Assembly: GCA_964016885.1 (NCBI GenBank)
Contig: OZ024751.1
Span: 9,734,001-9,798,000, forward strand
DNA length: 64,000 nucleotides
Origin: Eledone cirrhosa
Taxonomy: Eukaryota
Direction: 5' to 3'
Positions 44,001 through 58,025 of this stretch are shown one piece after another. The notes under the pieces are model-generated. The model was not told where the DNA came from and searched no databases. It was given only the letters and a program-made list of their open reading frames with translations. How positions within the stretch are numbered: the stretch's first letter is position 1; every line of letters starts with the position of its first letter. A program made the position numbers and the translations under genes.

Positions 44001-46800
44001 TCTCTACTACAGTGTATTACTGTCTCTCTCTACTTCAGTGTATTACTGTCTCTCTCTACCACAGTGTATTACTGTCCCTCTCTACCACAGTGTATTACTC
44101 TCTCTCTCTCTCTATCACAATGTATTACTGTCTCTCTCTAGCACAATATATTACTGTCTCTCTCTACCACAGTGTATTACTGTCTCTCTCTACTACAGTA
44201 TATTACTGTCTCTCTCTACCACAGTATATTGCTGTCTCTCTCTACCACAGTGTATTACTGTCTCTCTCTACCACAGTGTATTACTCTCTCTCTCTACCAC
44301 AATGTATTACTGTCTCTCTCTAGCACAATATATTACTGTCTCTCTCTACCACAGTGTATTACTGTCTCTCTCTACCAAATTGTATTACTGTCTCTCTCTA
44401 CTACAGTGTATTACTATCTCTCTCTACTACAGTGTATTACTATCTCTCTCTACCTCAGTATATTACTGTCTCTCTCTACTTCAGTGTATTACTATCTCTC
44501 TCTATCACAGTGTATTACTGTCTCTCTCTCCCACAGTGTATTACTGTCTCTCTCTACCACAGTGTATTACTGTCTCTCTCTTTGACAGTGTATTACTGTC
44601 TCTCTCTCTACCACAGTGTATTACTGTCTCTCTCTCTATCACAGTGTATTACTGTCTCTCTCTCTACTACAGTGTATTACTGTCTCTCTCTCTCTACCTC
44701 AGTATATTACTGTCTCTCTCTACCACAATGTATTACTGTCTCTCTATACCACAGTGTATTACTATCTCTCTCTACTACAGTGTATTACTGTCTCTCTCTA
44801 CCACAGTGTATTACTGTCTCTCTCTACTACAGTGTATTACTGCCTCTCTCTACCACAGTGTATTACTGTCTCTGTCTACCACAGTGTATTACTGTCTCTC
44901 TCTACTACAGTGTATTACTGTCTCTCTACCACAATGTATTACTTTCTCTCTCTACCACAGTGTATTACTGTCTCTCTCTACTACAGTGTATTACTGTCTC
45001 TCTCTACCACAGTGTATTACTGTCTCTCTACTACAGTGTATTACTGTCTCTCTCTACCACATTGTATTACTGTCTCTCTCTACTACAGTGTATTACTGTC
45101 TCTCCCTACTACAGTGTATTACTGTCTCTCTCTACTACAGTGTATTACTGTCTCTCTCTACTACAGTGTATTACTGTCTCTCTCTACTACAGTATATTAC
45201 TGTCTCTCTCTACTACAGTGTATTACTGTCTCTCTCTGCTACAGTGTATTATTGTCTCTCTCTACTACAGTGTATAACTGTCTCTCTCTACCACAGTGTA
45301 TTACTGTCCCTCTCTACCACAGTGTATTACTCTCTCTCTCTACCACAATGTATTACTGTCTCTCTCTAGCACAATATATTACTGTCTCTCTCTACCACAG
45401 TGTATTACTGTCTCTCTCTACTACAGTATATTACTGTCTCTCTCTACCACAGTATATTGCTGTCTGTCTCTACCACAGTGTATTACTGTCTCTCTCTACT
45501 ACAGTGTATTACTGTCTCTCTCTACCACAGTGTATTACTCTCTCTCTCTCTCTACCACAATGTATTACTGTCTCTCTCTAGCACAATATATTACTGTCTC
45601 TCTCTACCACAGTGTATTACTGTCTCTCTCTACTACAGTATATTACTGTCTCTCTCTACCACAGTATATTGCTGTCTCTCTCTACCACAGTGTATTACTG
45701 TCTCTCTCTACTACAGTGTATTACTGTCTCTCTCTACCACAGTGTATTACTCTCTCTCTCTACCACAATGTATTACTGTCTCTCTCTAGCACAATATATT
45801 ACTGCCTCTCTCTACCACATTGTATTACTGTCTCTCTCTACTACAGTGTATTACTGTCTATCTCTACTACAGTGTATTACTGTCTCTCTCTACTACAGTG
45901 TATTACTGTCTCTCTCTACTACAGTGTATTACTGTCTCTCTCTACTACAGTATATTACTGTCTCTCTCTACTACAGTGTATTACTGTCTCTCTCTGCTAC
46001 AGTGTATTATTGTCTCTCTCTACTACAGTGTATTACTGTCTCTCTCTACCACAATGTGTTACTGTCTCTCTCTAGCACAATATATTACTGTCTCTCTCTA
46101 CCACAGTGTATTACTGTCTCTCTCTACTACAGTATATTACTGTCTTTCTCTACTTCAGTGTATTACTGTCTCTCTCTACTACAGTGTATTACTGTCTCTC
46201 TCTACTACAGTGTATTACTGTCTCTCTCTACCACAGTATATTGCTGTCTCTCTCTACCACAGTGTATTACTGTCTCTCTCTACTACAGTGTATTACTGTC
46301 TCTCTCTACCACAGTGTATTACTGTCTCTCTCTACCACAATGTATTACTGTCTCTCTCTACTACAGTGTATTACTGTCTCTCTCTACTTCAGTGTATTAC
46401 TGTCTCTCTCTACCACAGTGTATTACTGTCTCTCTCTACTACAGTGTATTACTGTCTCTCTCTAGCACAATATATTACTGTCTCTCTCTACCACAGTGTA
46501 TTACTGTCTCTCTCTACTACAGTGTATTACTGTCTCTCTCTAGCACAATATATTACTGTTTCTCTCTACCACAGTGTATTACTGTCTCTCTCTACCACAG
46601 TGTATTACTGTCTCTCTCTACTACAGTGTATTACTGTCTCTCTCTAGCACAATATATTACTGTCTCTCTCTACCACAGTGTATTACTGTCTCTCTCTAGC
46701 ACAATATATTACTGTCTCTCTCTACCGCAGTGTATTACTGTCTCTCTCTACTACAGTGTATTACTGTCTCTCTCTACCACAGTGTATTACTGTCTTCTTA
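41030..46800. repeat. 26-bp minisatellite CAGTGTATTACTGTCTCTCTCTACYA, about 5.7 kb
   Basis: Direct reading. The (CT)n length varies, and degenerate units lie at the left edge. Confidence 0.97.
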
Positions 46801-47234
46801 CCGCAGTGCATTGTTCAGAAACAGGGAGATGAGAGATAAAATATCTGTCAGTGACCACAAATTCCAAACCTTGTAATCTGTCAGCTGCACCTTTGTGTGT
46901 GTCACAGTGACGACATGTGGTTTTTCTACCACTTATTTCAGCTGGCTAGAGATATGTACCACATCAATGACAGCACAGCGGCTTTGACGAATATGTCGTT
47001 GTTTTGTTAACTGGAGTTGAATCAATATTTCATGTTCCCCTGCACATTAAATGTTAAAATGTTTTGTCTCAACAATAGAATCTATTCCAATTTATATATT
47101 TATATGACTGAGTGTGATGAAGTAAATGACCTGGTTACATATTCTCAGATGTCTGGTTGAAGTGATTCCGCGTTGGTTTCTTGCCATATAGGTGAAAACT
47201 TATAAACGTTCATATTTACATAAGATTCATACAA

Positions 47235-47309
<75 letters not shown>

Positions 47310-48309
47310 TGTATGTATGTATGTATGTATGTATGTATATACTTACATATAAATGTATTTATATACACACATACATAGTAATATATATTCGGACACAAAT
47401 AAATCGTTATAAATGCTTGCATAATATCAAACTGCTTACGGCTAACATAGAAGTCAAACAAAATTTCAAATGAAAACCACAAGTTATAACAAGTTTTGAT
47501 TTTGTGTCTGGAGGCAAGCTTAATGAAAATTTTGGTATAACAATAACTGGTTTAAGAAACTGAAATTGAAATATAACGAAATAAATATTAACCCATCACC
47601 CAACAACATAGATTAACTTAGATGGTTAACAACTTCACAGGCTGTATTTTATTTCTAATTTGCCAGAAAAGAAAATGAGTTTTTTTTAAACCCCCAAGCT
47701 ATCTGGAAGGTGTTAAAAGAAGAAATAGAAGAACTTCATGACAAACATTAGGTAGTTGAAACTAAAGATATACATATAACCGTCGGTTATATTACCGTGA
47801 CTTTGATAAAAATAGCATCACTAGAAGTAACAAACTAATAGGTGTCTGTGGAAATTGTGTTTGGTTAATACTGGAAGGTGTTATTCTAAATGTTTTTAAC
47901 AATATATCTGTCTGCTTTCTAGTTTATACACTGTTATATTCAATCATTGTATTCCCATGAAATCTTTCTAAACATAATGGCTGAAGGAAATTGCCTAGGA
48001 ACGCTATCCGCCTTAAATGTAATAGGTGAGTGATTGCGAACACGGCGTGGTGAGAAAACACTGTTCCTTTAATAAGAAATATCTTTACAGGGAAGAGAAA
48101 AAGCAATTTAATCCCGGCAGAATTTGAACTAAGAATGTTAAGCTAACGTAATTAAATACTACAAAGTAATTTACTTGACACCCATCCGAGCCTACTACCT
48201 TCCAATGAATCCACAAGGGACGTGATCACTCAACCAGCTAGACATAACAGCCAAATCTCTATTAAATCATAACCTACCATTTTCAGAAAGTTATATCTAA
48301 AAGTGCGTA

Positions 48310-48632
48310 GTTAGGAGATTAGAGAGTCACTCCAGGTAGAGCCGCAGCTTCTCTGAATTGAGAGATCGCAGCTCTGATATTATGGGCATGTGGTTAGACT
48401 GTCTCAGGAAAGAATGGCTGAACAGATTTTACGGGCAAAACCAATCGGCAGAAGACCAAGTGGTAGGTCTCGAGTAAGATAGTTGGATAACATCTATGAG
48501 CTTGGCTGGTCACACTTAAAGTTCCATCCGGATCAGTTGGAGACGGTTGGTTCTGACAGGAGCCGCTAGAAGGATTGCGTGAGGACTATGCTCCCATGGG
48601 CCTCTCAGGAATAAGTGGACAAAGAAGAAGAT
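48310..48632 (+). mobile_element. 3' fragment of an RTE-clade LINE
   Basis: Decayed IERSQL*YYGHVVR...KPIGRRPSGRSRVR*LDNI matches the RTE C-terminus. Short GAA tail. Confidence 0.72.
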
Positions 48633-48915
48633 ATCGGAAACTACATTGTTTAAGATTGTATTAAATACACGGTGATGGAATTAGAGATAAGATGGTCGGG
48701 GATGGAATATGCTTGATCATCATATGTTTACTGGTTCATGGCTTAAATGGAGTCAAGAAACAGCAACAACAAATATATAGTAGTTAAATAGGTCACCAGC
48801 TTAATAACGCGTTCAATCAATTCCGAAAAGCTTTTTACTTGATGCATTAAAATATTAGAGTTCAAACGCTGTTTGTATACGTCTAATTATATTATCTATA
48901 TGTGAGTATATGTAT

Positions 48916-48988
<73 letters not shown>

Positions 48989-49207
48989 TGTGTGTGCGTA
49001 TGTATGTATGAATGTATGTATGTATGCAAATATCTATGTATGTATGAATGTGTGTATGTATGTATATATGTATGCATATATGTATGCAAGTATGTATGTA
49101 TATATGTATGTATGTATGTATCTCTCTCTCTATATATATATGTATGTAAGTATGTATATATATATGAATGTATATATATATAGTTGTGTGTGTATGTATG
49201 TATCGAC

Positions 49208-49259
<52 letters not shown>

Positions 49260-49525
49260 AAATAACTTAAGCTGGTAGTAAAACTATATTTGATCGTACA
49301 TCATGCTGTGCTGAAGGACAATTGTTATAAAAATGGCTTTATCTTAAAACTAATAGTCACTAAGGTTTTTAGATTGTCAAATATATAACCCCATTTAGAC
49401 AAGGTGGAGGAATCGATATTTCATTAAATGACCCGAAAATGTTTTCTTAAAGTTTGTCTCAACATATATGTGTGTGTGTATGTGTGTGAATGCGTGTGTG
49501 TATGATTGTATATGTAGGTAAAATA

Positions 49526-49598
<73 letters not shown>

Positions 49599-49599
49599 C

Positions 49600-49634
<35 letters not shown>

Positions 49635-49667
49635 TATATATATATATGTACATATATATATATAAGT

Positions 49668-49912
<245 letters not shown>

Positions 49913-50518
49913 TATAGACATATACAGACGGTGCTTCATTCAAAGATGGTGGTAAATGCTCTAGCGAGCCAGAGTTTAATATTTTAAATAAGAAAGAGAG
50001 AACGAAAGACGAACGAAAGTGAGAGTTAATAAGGTTAAGAAGTGATACAATTACTTTATATACAATAGCAGCTGTAGAAATTCAATTTTCAAGATGGCTA
50101 ACTCACTGATCCAACGTGAAGCACGAAAGCACTAGATTTAAATCACATACAAATGTGTGGTCATTATGAGTTATATTACTTCTAGTAATTGTACAGTAAT
50201 AATACATTATTCTGTGACTACCGAAGAAATATATATATATATATATATATAAATGAAAGGTATAGAAAACACTATATATATGGGATAAGAAGTTATCCTT
50301 ATAGGTAATCCAGTTAGAGGTTGTGAGTGCTCTGCGTCGTGAATAGTTTTAGCGCTTTGTATTGGAGATCGAATAACGCAACATCAAGCGATTACCGAAC
50401 TCTAGACCCACATGATCAACGAAACAATTGTCAGTACTTTAAATAAAGCCCTTATTGTACAGCCAACCATGTTAATCTTCATTCCTTAACTATATATATA
50501 TGTATATATATATATATA

Positions 50519-50577
<59 letters not shown>

Positions 50578-50579
<2 letters not shown>

Positions 50580-50773
50580 CGAAGGAAATGTGGTAAGGAA
50601 CCAGATGGACCATAACGCACGAAAGTACTCAATACTTAGGGTAGTAGAGTGGGTAATAGGAACAAGTATGACCCCGACGGCAGAGCTCAAGCCGTTTCGA
50701 CGGCTAATTCTGGACTAATTCCAGAATTAGCCGTCGAAACGGCTTGAGCTCTGCCGTCGGGGTCATACTTGTT

Positions 50774-50778
<5 letters not shown>
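50578..50778 (-). mobile_element. Tiny PLE-like insert in (TA)n ending in a perfect 59-bp fold-back
   Basis: Arms 50656-50714 and 50720-50778, loop CTAAT. Contains the hammerhead 3' half GAAACGGC-TTGAGCTCT-GCCGTC. Confidence 0.65.
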
Positions 50779-50806
<28 letters not shown>

Positions 50807-50948
50807 CCAAGATTAATATGGTTCATTGATTACTCAATGAATATAGTTTCACAATAGATAAAAAGCACTCTACAGTGAAGTTTTCTGGAGTTATTAATAT
50901 TATTCAAAATATTAATAAATGAAGACATTCACATAATCAAAATATATG

Positions 50949-51011
50949 TTTTATTATATATATTTCGAAGGTACTGTGCTGTTTTTTTCAGTACGTCCTC
51001 GTCAGATAAAA
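50949..51011 (-). ncRNA. Minimal type I hammerhead ribozyme
   Basis: Stem I UUUUAU/AUAAAA. CUGACGA. Stem II GGACGUACUG/CAGUACCUUC. GAAA-U-AUAU-A-UA with a palindromic loop III. Confidence 0.75.
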
Positions 51012-51279
51012 TACATGAATTGATGTATGACATACCTCAACTCTCTTGATGGTTCAATTCCAGTATTGGCAATGATTTATTACAACAAATCTCAACATTT
51101 ATATACCACAAATAATAACAAGATAAACTTAAATTTAATGAAGAAGAGGATGTGGAGCGAGATATATGTATAAGGAGGGGGTGAGTATAAGGAAATGCAA
51201 GAATAAATAAATAAATACATACTTAAATATTTAAATGCGTAAATATACGTGTTAGGGAAGAAAAAGGAAGAGAGAGAGA

Positions 51280-51351
<72 letters not shown>

Positions 51352-52199
51352 AGAAGAAGAAAGACGTAACTGCAAAAAGGAAAGAAAGAGAAATGATGTG
51401 TGACCGTTGCTTTTAAATATTAAGTCAAATAGAAGCGACCAATTAAATACCATGAATTGTTTTAATATCTTTTGGGTTATTTTGTAGCTAATTATACTAA
51501 TATCAAAATTAAACAATATAAAAATATTTTCTATAGTAATCACAAGCATAGTTTAATTAATATATTTACTAAATATTTTGTTACAATATTCAAAAACATT
51601 TTTATCTATAAAGCAAGTTTAAATACCTATTAAAGTTGTATAACGATGTTTACTACAACCTATGCATACAGTATATGTATTTTATTTAATGTTAAGAATT
51701 ATTATCTGAATTATTCTATTTTCATTATAAAATCATTTCAATTCATTAGTTGTCATTTCATTACAGGATTAATAAGTAGTTATATTTACTCTTAAAATTA
51801 TTATTATTTTGATTTTACTTCTGTAATTACATCTTATTATATATAGTTTCCGTTTAAGGATTTTTCGTATATTATTAAACTATATAAATCATGTTAAATA
51901 TACATTATCAATCTATTTGCATAGAACAAAATTATTTACGAAGAATGTAAACAAAGGAGGATAACTCGTTCAAATTGTGTGATCATTTATGATATTTAAA
52001 TGCTTTGAAAGCAATCACGGAATAGAACGGAAGACCGAACCTTTCATACCAAGGCAACCGCGGATAAATTTTAAAGACCATAAAAGAAATACCTGTTAGA
52101 AATCAGACATTGGAATATTTAGTAAAAACATAATAGAAATCAGACATTGGAATATTTAGTAAAAACATAATAGATTTTGCCAACGTTAAAATTGAGGTC

Positions 52200-52902
52200 A
52201 AGGCTTAACTTATGGAAGGGCACTAGTGAAGGCGCTATCATATGCATATAAACACACCGATCTATCTAGTGACGAGATTAATATTATTTTAACGGCAAGG
52301 CGAACCTTGATTGACTTTAATAATGATTTTTGGACTAGATCTGATAGGCAGAAAAATGTTGACATTACTATGGACTCGTCCGATTCGGCGCAAGTTACCG
52401 ATCTTGTGGGAATTTTCATCCTTAACATGATAAATAGAAAACTGCCGGAGATTACCGGCGGTTTATATAGAGACGACATATTATTTACTGTAGTTAGACA
52501 TAATAATAACGAATTAAATAGAATAAAGAAAGTAATTATAGAATTCTTTAAAAATTATGACCTGAAATTAGAAATAGAAAATAACAATAAAATAGTTAAT
52601 TTTTTAAATGTAACTCTTAATTTAAACTGAGGCCTATATTACCCTTTCTATAAACTAAATGAAAACTTAAATTATGTTAGCTTTTACTCTAATCATCCTA
52701 AAAGTGTTAAAAATGTAATAGACAATAGTGTCCAACAATGAATATCCAGACTATCCGATAATAGATCCATTTTTATTAGTAAAGCTGGATATTATAATGA
52801 AGCGTTACATAAAGCAGGATATAAAAATAATATTGAATATGAAGAAAAAATAATATTAATTATAAACACAGTATTCATAATAATAATAATAATAATAGTA
52901 AC

Positions 52903-52933
<31 letters not shown>

Positions 52934-53210
52934 CTGACTGTAAAAATAACAACTTGAGGAATAAATCGGGAAAACAATTAGGACTAGATCTATAATTTGG
53001 TATGCTCCACCAGCATCTTTAGCTATTAAAACACCTTTAGCACATATTTTTTAAAGCCTTGGATAAATGTTTCCCTAGATCACAAGTATTACTCTATGTT
53101 CAATAGACATACAGTTAAGCTTTCTTACTCAACAACTATGAATATTGCTCAAAATATTGCAAAAATTAATAGCAAAATTCTTAATTTGAACCAGTATATA
53201 ATTAGCGACA
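52200..53210 (+). mobile_element. Degenerate Penelope-like reverse transcriptase fragment
   Basis: DITMDSSDSAQVTDLVG, GLYRDD, VNFLNVTLNL, SNHPKSV, IWYAPP, FNRHTVKLSYSTTMNI, with stops. It breaks off at the (AAT)n 53210-53281. Confidence 0.85.
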
Positions 53211-53215
53211 ATAAC

Positions 53216-53281
<66 letters not shown>

Positions 53282-53284
53282 GAC

Positions 53285-56200
53285 AGGGAAGAAGACGCAC
53301 GAGGTGACGGAGGTCATGAAATCGCTCCCGTAAGTTTTGAATTTTTAACATATTTAAATCATTTGTGAAATAACAACTCTTAGTACAAATGCTACGTAAA
53401 GCACCCGGCTTGAGCCCCCAAAAAATTCGGACCCAAAATATATTGTTATAAGGCTCAAATATTCAAATATTCAACTTTGTATTGTACACTGTATATCCCC
53501 AAAAAAATGGCTATAAATGGAAGAAGAAGAACCCCCCCCTCCTCTCCTCTGGCTACACTATATAGGACAGCGAAACTCACCAACACCAGAAACTAGATAC
53601 ACCACCCACCCCATCATCTGTGTACACTAAACACAACAGCATTTTCACCTTCACCGCCACCGCTCACTACGGCCATCATTACAACCACTATCCCATCACC
53701 GCCGCCACCACCCCTTGACTCCTTCACTGCTGCTGCCACCGCTACAGCACCATCACTACAGTAATACGGCTCAAATATTCAAATATTCAACTTTGTATTG
53801 TACACTGTATATCCAAAAAAAATAAAATGGCTATAAATGGAAGAAGAAGAACCCCCCCCCCCTCCTCTCCTCTGGCTACACTATATAGGACAGTGAAACT
53901 CACCAACACCAGAAACTAGATACACCACCCACCCCATCATCTGTGTACACTAAACACAACAGCATTTTCACCTTCACCGCCACCGCTCACTACGGCCATC
54001 ATTACCACCACTATCCCATCACCGCCGCCACCACCCCTTGACTCCTTCACTGCTGCTGCCACCGCTACAGCACCATCACTACAGTAATACGGTCGCATCA
54101 CCGCCACCACTGCCTCGGTATCGACATCACCACCACCACTGTCTCAGTATCGCCAACGCCGCCAGTCTCTGCTGGCTGCCACTTCCACATTATAGAATTC
54201 CTACTACTAACAAAGAGGAAGGCATCAAAATATATAGATAGACTCAAAAGAAAAAAGAAAAAACAAACAACAAAAGCAGCACAGCAACAACAGCAAAAAA
54301 ACGAGAAAAACAAACAGAGAAAAACAAAAACAAAAAAAGAAACCCCAAAAACGTAAAGAAAATAAGAATGAAGAGAGAAGCAGGCGGACGGACAGAGAAG
54401 AGGGGGGAAAAAGTAAAACTTAAAAAACAAAAACTAAGTCAGACATTCGAATACTACATTACAATGAAACTTATGCTTATTCATTTTTGGGGCCCTTTCT
54501 GCCCGTGTGTTTGTTTGTTTATGTGTGTCCGTATACAGCGTGGTGATAATGCCACACAAGGGCCAAGTGGGATGGCGGATCCACAGATGGCTATGTAAAC
54601 ATACATTCGCCAATCCTCGATAAGAGTGTTTAAATATCGAACATAAACAGTTCGAATAACGGTGAAATGGAGACTAGAACGTCATGTGACAGACTCTCAC
54701 CCAACAGGTGCCCCCTGGCTCAGCAGCAGGAACCTGACTGTCAACCAAATACTGCTGATGTTGGAGGAAGAAGAAGAAGGAAAGGGGCCAGAACCAACTG
54801 GACGAAAGAATTGAATAGAACTGTTATGCAATGCTACCTGAAAAGTAACCCCAAGGAGAGGGGCTACAGGAGACGGATGCATAACATCTGGAACGAGATT
54901 GGTTTATTTAAATTAGATGAACAAAAATTGGCCGGGCAGGCTCGGGTAATAAGAACTAATGGGTGGATAAGCGAGCTGGAACTGGAGGAACTGAGCAGAG
55001 AGAATGGCTTGGAGATGGCGGGTGTAGTATGCCAGACAAGCGAGCCGGCGGGAAATGAAGGTGAGGAGGTCCTGAGAACGGAGGAACCACCCGAAGCAGA
55101 CAATGATCTGAATACTGAGATAAATAATACCTGGAACAGAGATACGGCCACTGAGGAGATGAATGCTGACGGGCTAGGACAAGATTCGGTTGACATCCTA
55201 AATTTAGTGGTAGATGAGTTGAACAATGATAGTGGGAGACCTATGAACCTAAGATTTGTAGACAGGAAAAAGTTAAAAGAAACAACAGCTAAGGTAAACA
55301 AAGTCATCCCATACCTTGAGGCGAGGAGTCTTCACCAGTGCAACAATATCCTCAAAGCAACAGCAAATACGGTGAGGAAACTACTTGGTATAAAAGCGAG
55401 AGGAAACAACAGACAAGAAAGAGCAGAGCCGTGGTGGAAGAAGCGACTGAGTGGGCAAATCGGGGAAATGAGAAATGACATAGGAAAGCTTGAGTCACTA
55501 CTGAATGGGACACTAAAAAACATAGGCACTAAAAATAGACTGGAAATAAAATACAAAACTAGGAGTAAAAAGCTAAATATTATCATAGAGGAATTGAAGC
55601 AACGCATTGTAGCAAAGAGTGCCAAAATCAGGCGATACGAGAACAGAGTCAGTCAGTATAAACAGAACCGCATGTTCGACAACTGCCAGAAGATGCTGTT
55701 TGGACAGCTTGAGGGGAAAGAAAGAGGCAACGACTTGATCCCTGGGGCGGAACAAGCTAAAACATTTTGGAGAGGAATATGGGAGCAGGATGTTAGACAC
55801 AATGCCCAGGCAGGGTGGATTGAGACAGTACAGAGGGAGATCGGTGAGCAGGCACAGCAACAGACTGATTTGAGTATCACAGTTGAAACTCTTAAGGGGC
55901 AAGCCAAAAAACTAACCAACTGGAAATCACCAGGCCCAGATGGTGTGCAGGGGTATTGGATTAAATATTTAACATCCCTCCACCCGAAGCTGACGGCCAT
56001 GTTCAATGACTGCTTGGTGTCGGGTGAGGTGCCAGAGTGGTTGACAAAAGGTACCACAGTTCTGATAATGAAAGACCGAATCAAGGGTAATGATGTTACC
56101 AACTATAGACCTATCACATGTCTGCCCGTAATGTGGAAACTGTTGACGAGCATTGTGTCTGAGGAAATCTACCATCACCTCCACACAAACAACTTGTTGC

Positions 56201-58025
56201 CGGACGAACAGAAAGGATGCCGAAAGAAGTCACGTGGTACAAAGGACCAGTTGCTTATTGATAAGATGGTAATGGGGAATTGCAGGAGGAGACACACTGA
56301 TCTTGCCATGGGATGGATAGACTACAGAAAGGCATTTGACATGGTGCCTCATTCTTGGATCACCAAAAGTCTGGAGATCTTCAGGGTGGCAGATAACATC
56401 AGACAGTTGCTAGGCAGGAGTATGGGGTCCTGGGAGACAGAGTTGACATCAACTGGAGTATCCTTGGGAAGCGTGAAGATCAAGAGAGGTATCTTCCAGG
56501 GAGATAGCCTGTCCCCTCTGTTGTTTGTCCTTGCCCTGATGCCCTTGACCATTATGCTGCGAAAAGTGAGAGCAGGATACAAGTTGGGAAGGGGAGAGCT
56601 TACCATCAATCACCTCCTCTTCATGGACGATCTTAAGCTCTTCGGGAAAAGTGAGAAGGAGTTGGATGTGCTTGTTGACACTGTCCGTATTTTCAGCAGT
56701 GATATATGTATGCAGTTTGGTATTGGTAAATGTGGAGTCATTGTGATGAGGAGGGGTAGGTTGAGCAGAAGTAACGGGATCCAGATGCCAACAGGTGAGA
56801 TGATAAAGGAAATTGACTCTGAGGAAGGATACAAGTATTTGGGCGTTCTGGAGGCTGATGGCATAAAGAACAAAAAAATGAAGGAATTGTTAAGAACTGA
56901 ATACATTCGGAGAGTAAGGAGCGTATTGAAGTCACATCTGAACAGCAGAAATGCCATAAGCGCAGTAAATTCCCGAGCTGTGTCTATTATTAGGTACAGT
57001 GCGGGAATTCTGAGATGGAATGTTGCTGAACAAAAAGAAATGGATAGGAAGACTAGGAAGCTATTGACTATCTACAACATGTTCCACAAGAGGAGTGATG
57101 TCGATAGACTCTACCTAAGGAGATCTGAGGGTGGAAGAGGTCTTATCAGCATAGAGGACTGTGTTCAGATGGAGAAAAACAACCTATACAAATACGTGAC
57201 CTATAGTAAGGAGCCAATGCTCAGAGCTGTACTGAAGGAGGGGACAGTAGGCCAGGGGATATCCAAGGAGGAAATAACATCAAGGAGGAAGAGCAGCCTT
57301 AAGGGAAAATCCCTTCATAGTACCTTCTTTGAGAAAACTAAATTTAGAGATCCACAGACATGGAACTGGTTGAGAAGAGGAGACCTCAAAAAGGCTACAG
57401 AAGGAATGCTAATGGCTGCGCAGGAGCAGGCCCTCAAAACGAAGTGGTTGAAGCATCATATCTACAAGGAGGAGGCTAGCCCACTGTGCAGGATCTGTGG
57501 AGAGAGAGAGGAGACTGTGGCTCACATTGTGTCCGAGTGTAAACACCTAGCCCAGACCCACTATAAGGGCTGGAGACACGATGTGATGGGCAAGGTGATC
57601 CACTGGCACCTGTGCAAAGTAAACAATCTACCACATTCTGAGAAATGGTATGAGCATAGGCCAGAGGCGGTGATGGAGAACAGTCAGGTGAAGGTGCTGT
57701 GGGATTTTAGGATACAGACGGACAAAAAACTGGAACACAATAGACCTGACCTGGTGGTTGTGGACAAAGAAAAAAGATCGTGCCTGATTGTGGATGTGGC
57801 CTGTCCGTTCGACACGAGAGTGCAAGAGAAGGAGAGGGAGAAAATTAACCGATACCAGGACCTAAAGTGGGAGGTGAAAAGGATTTGGAACTGCCATGAA
57901 GTCAAAGTGATCCCGATTGTCATAGGCGCACTGGGGACTATCTCCAAAGGTTTCCAGGGATGGTTAAAGAAAATCGGCCCCTTCACGCTTTTTGGAACGC
58001 TTCAAAAGGCATGCTTGCTTGGAAC
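53285..58025 (+). mobile_element. R4/Dong-clade element, family A copy 1: 5'-complete, lacking its last about 110 nt
   Basis: Begins right after (AAT)n. The 1.38-kb leader recurs after (AAT)n at 63617. Single long ORF. Confidence 0.88.

Noticed and set aside
41032-46832. Long overlapping ORFs (up to 791 aa) of SLYHSVLL/TTVYYC/QCITV repeats
   Set aside because: They are products of a stop-poor 26-bp satellite open in all three plus-strand frames. There is no evidence of real coding.
53285-53400. Ribozyme at the extreme 5' end of the Dong leader
   Set aside because: I could not build HDV or hammerhead pairings by eye.
57960-58025. Start of the 485-aa ORF as a separate gene or programmed frameshift partner
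   Set aside because: Its first 22 codons are an off-frame reading of family A. Family B homology begins at 58026.
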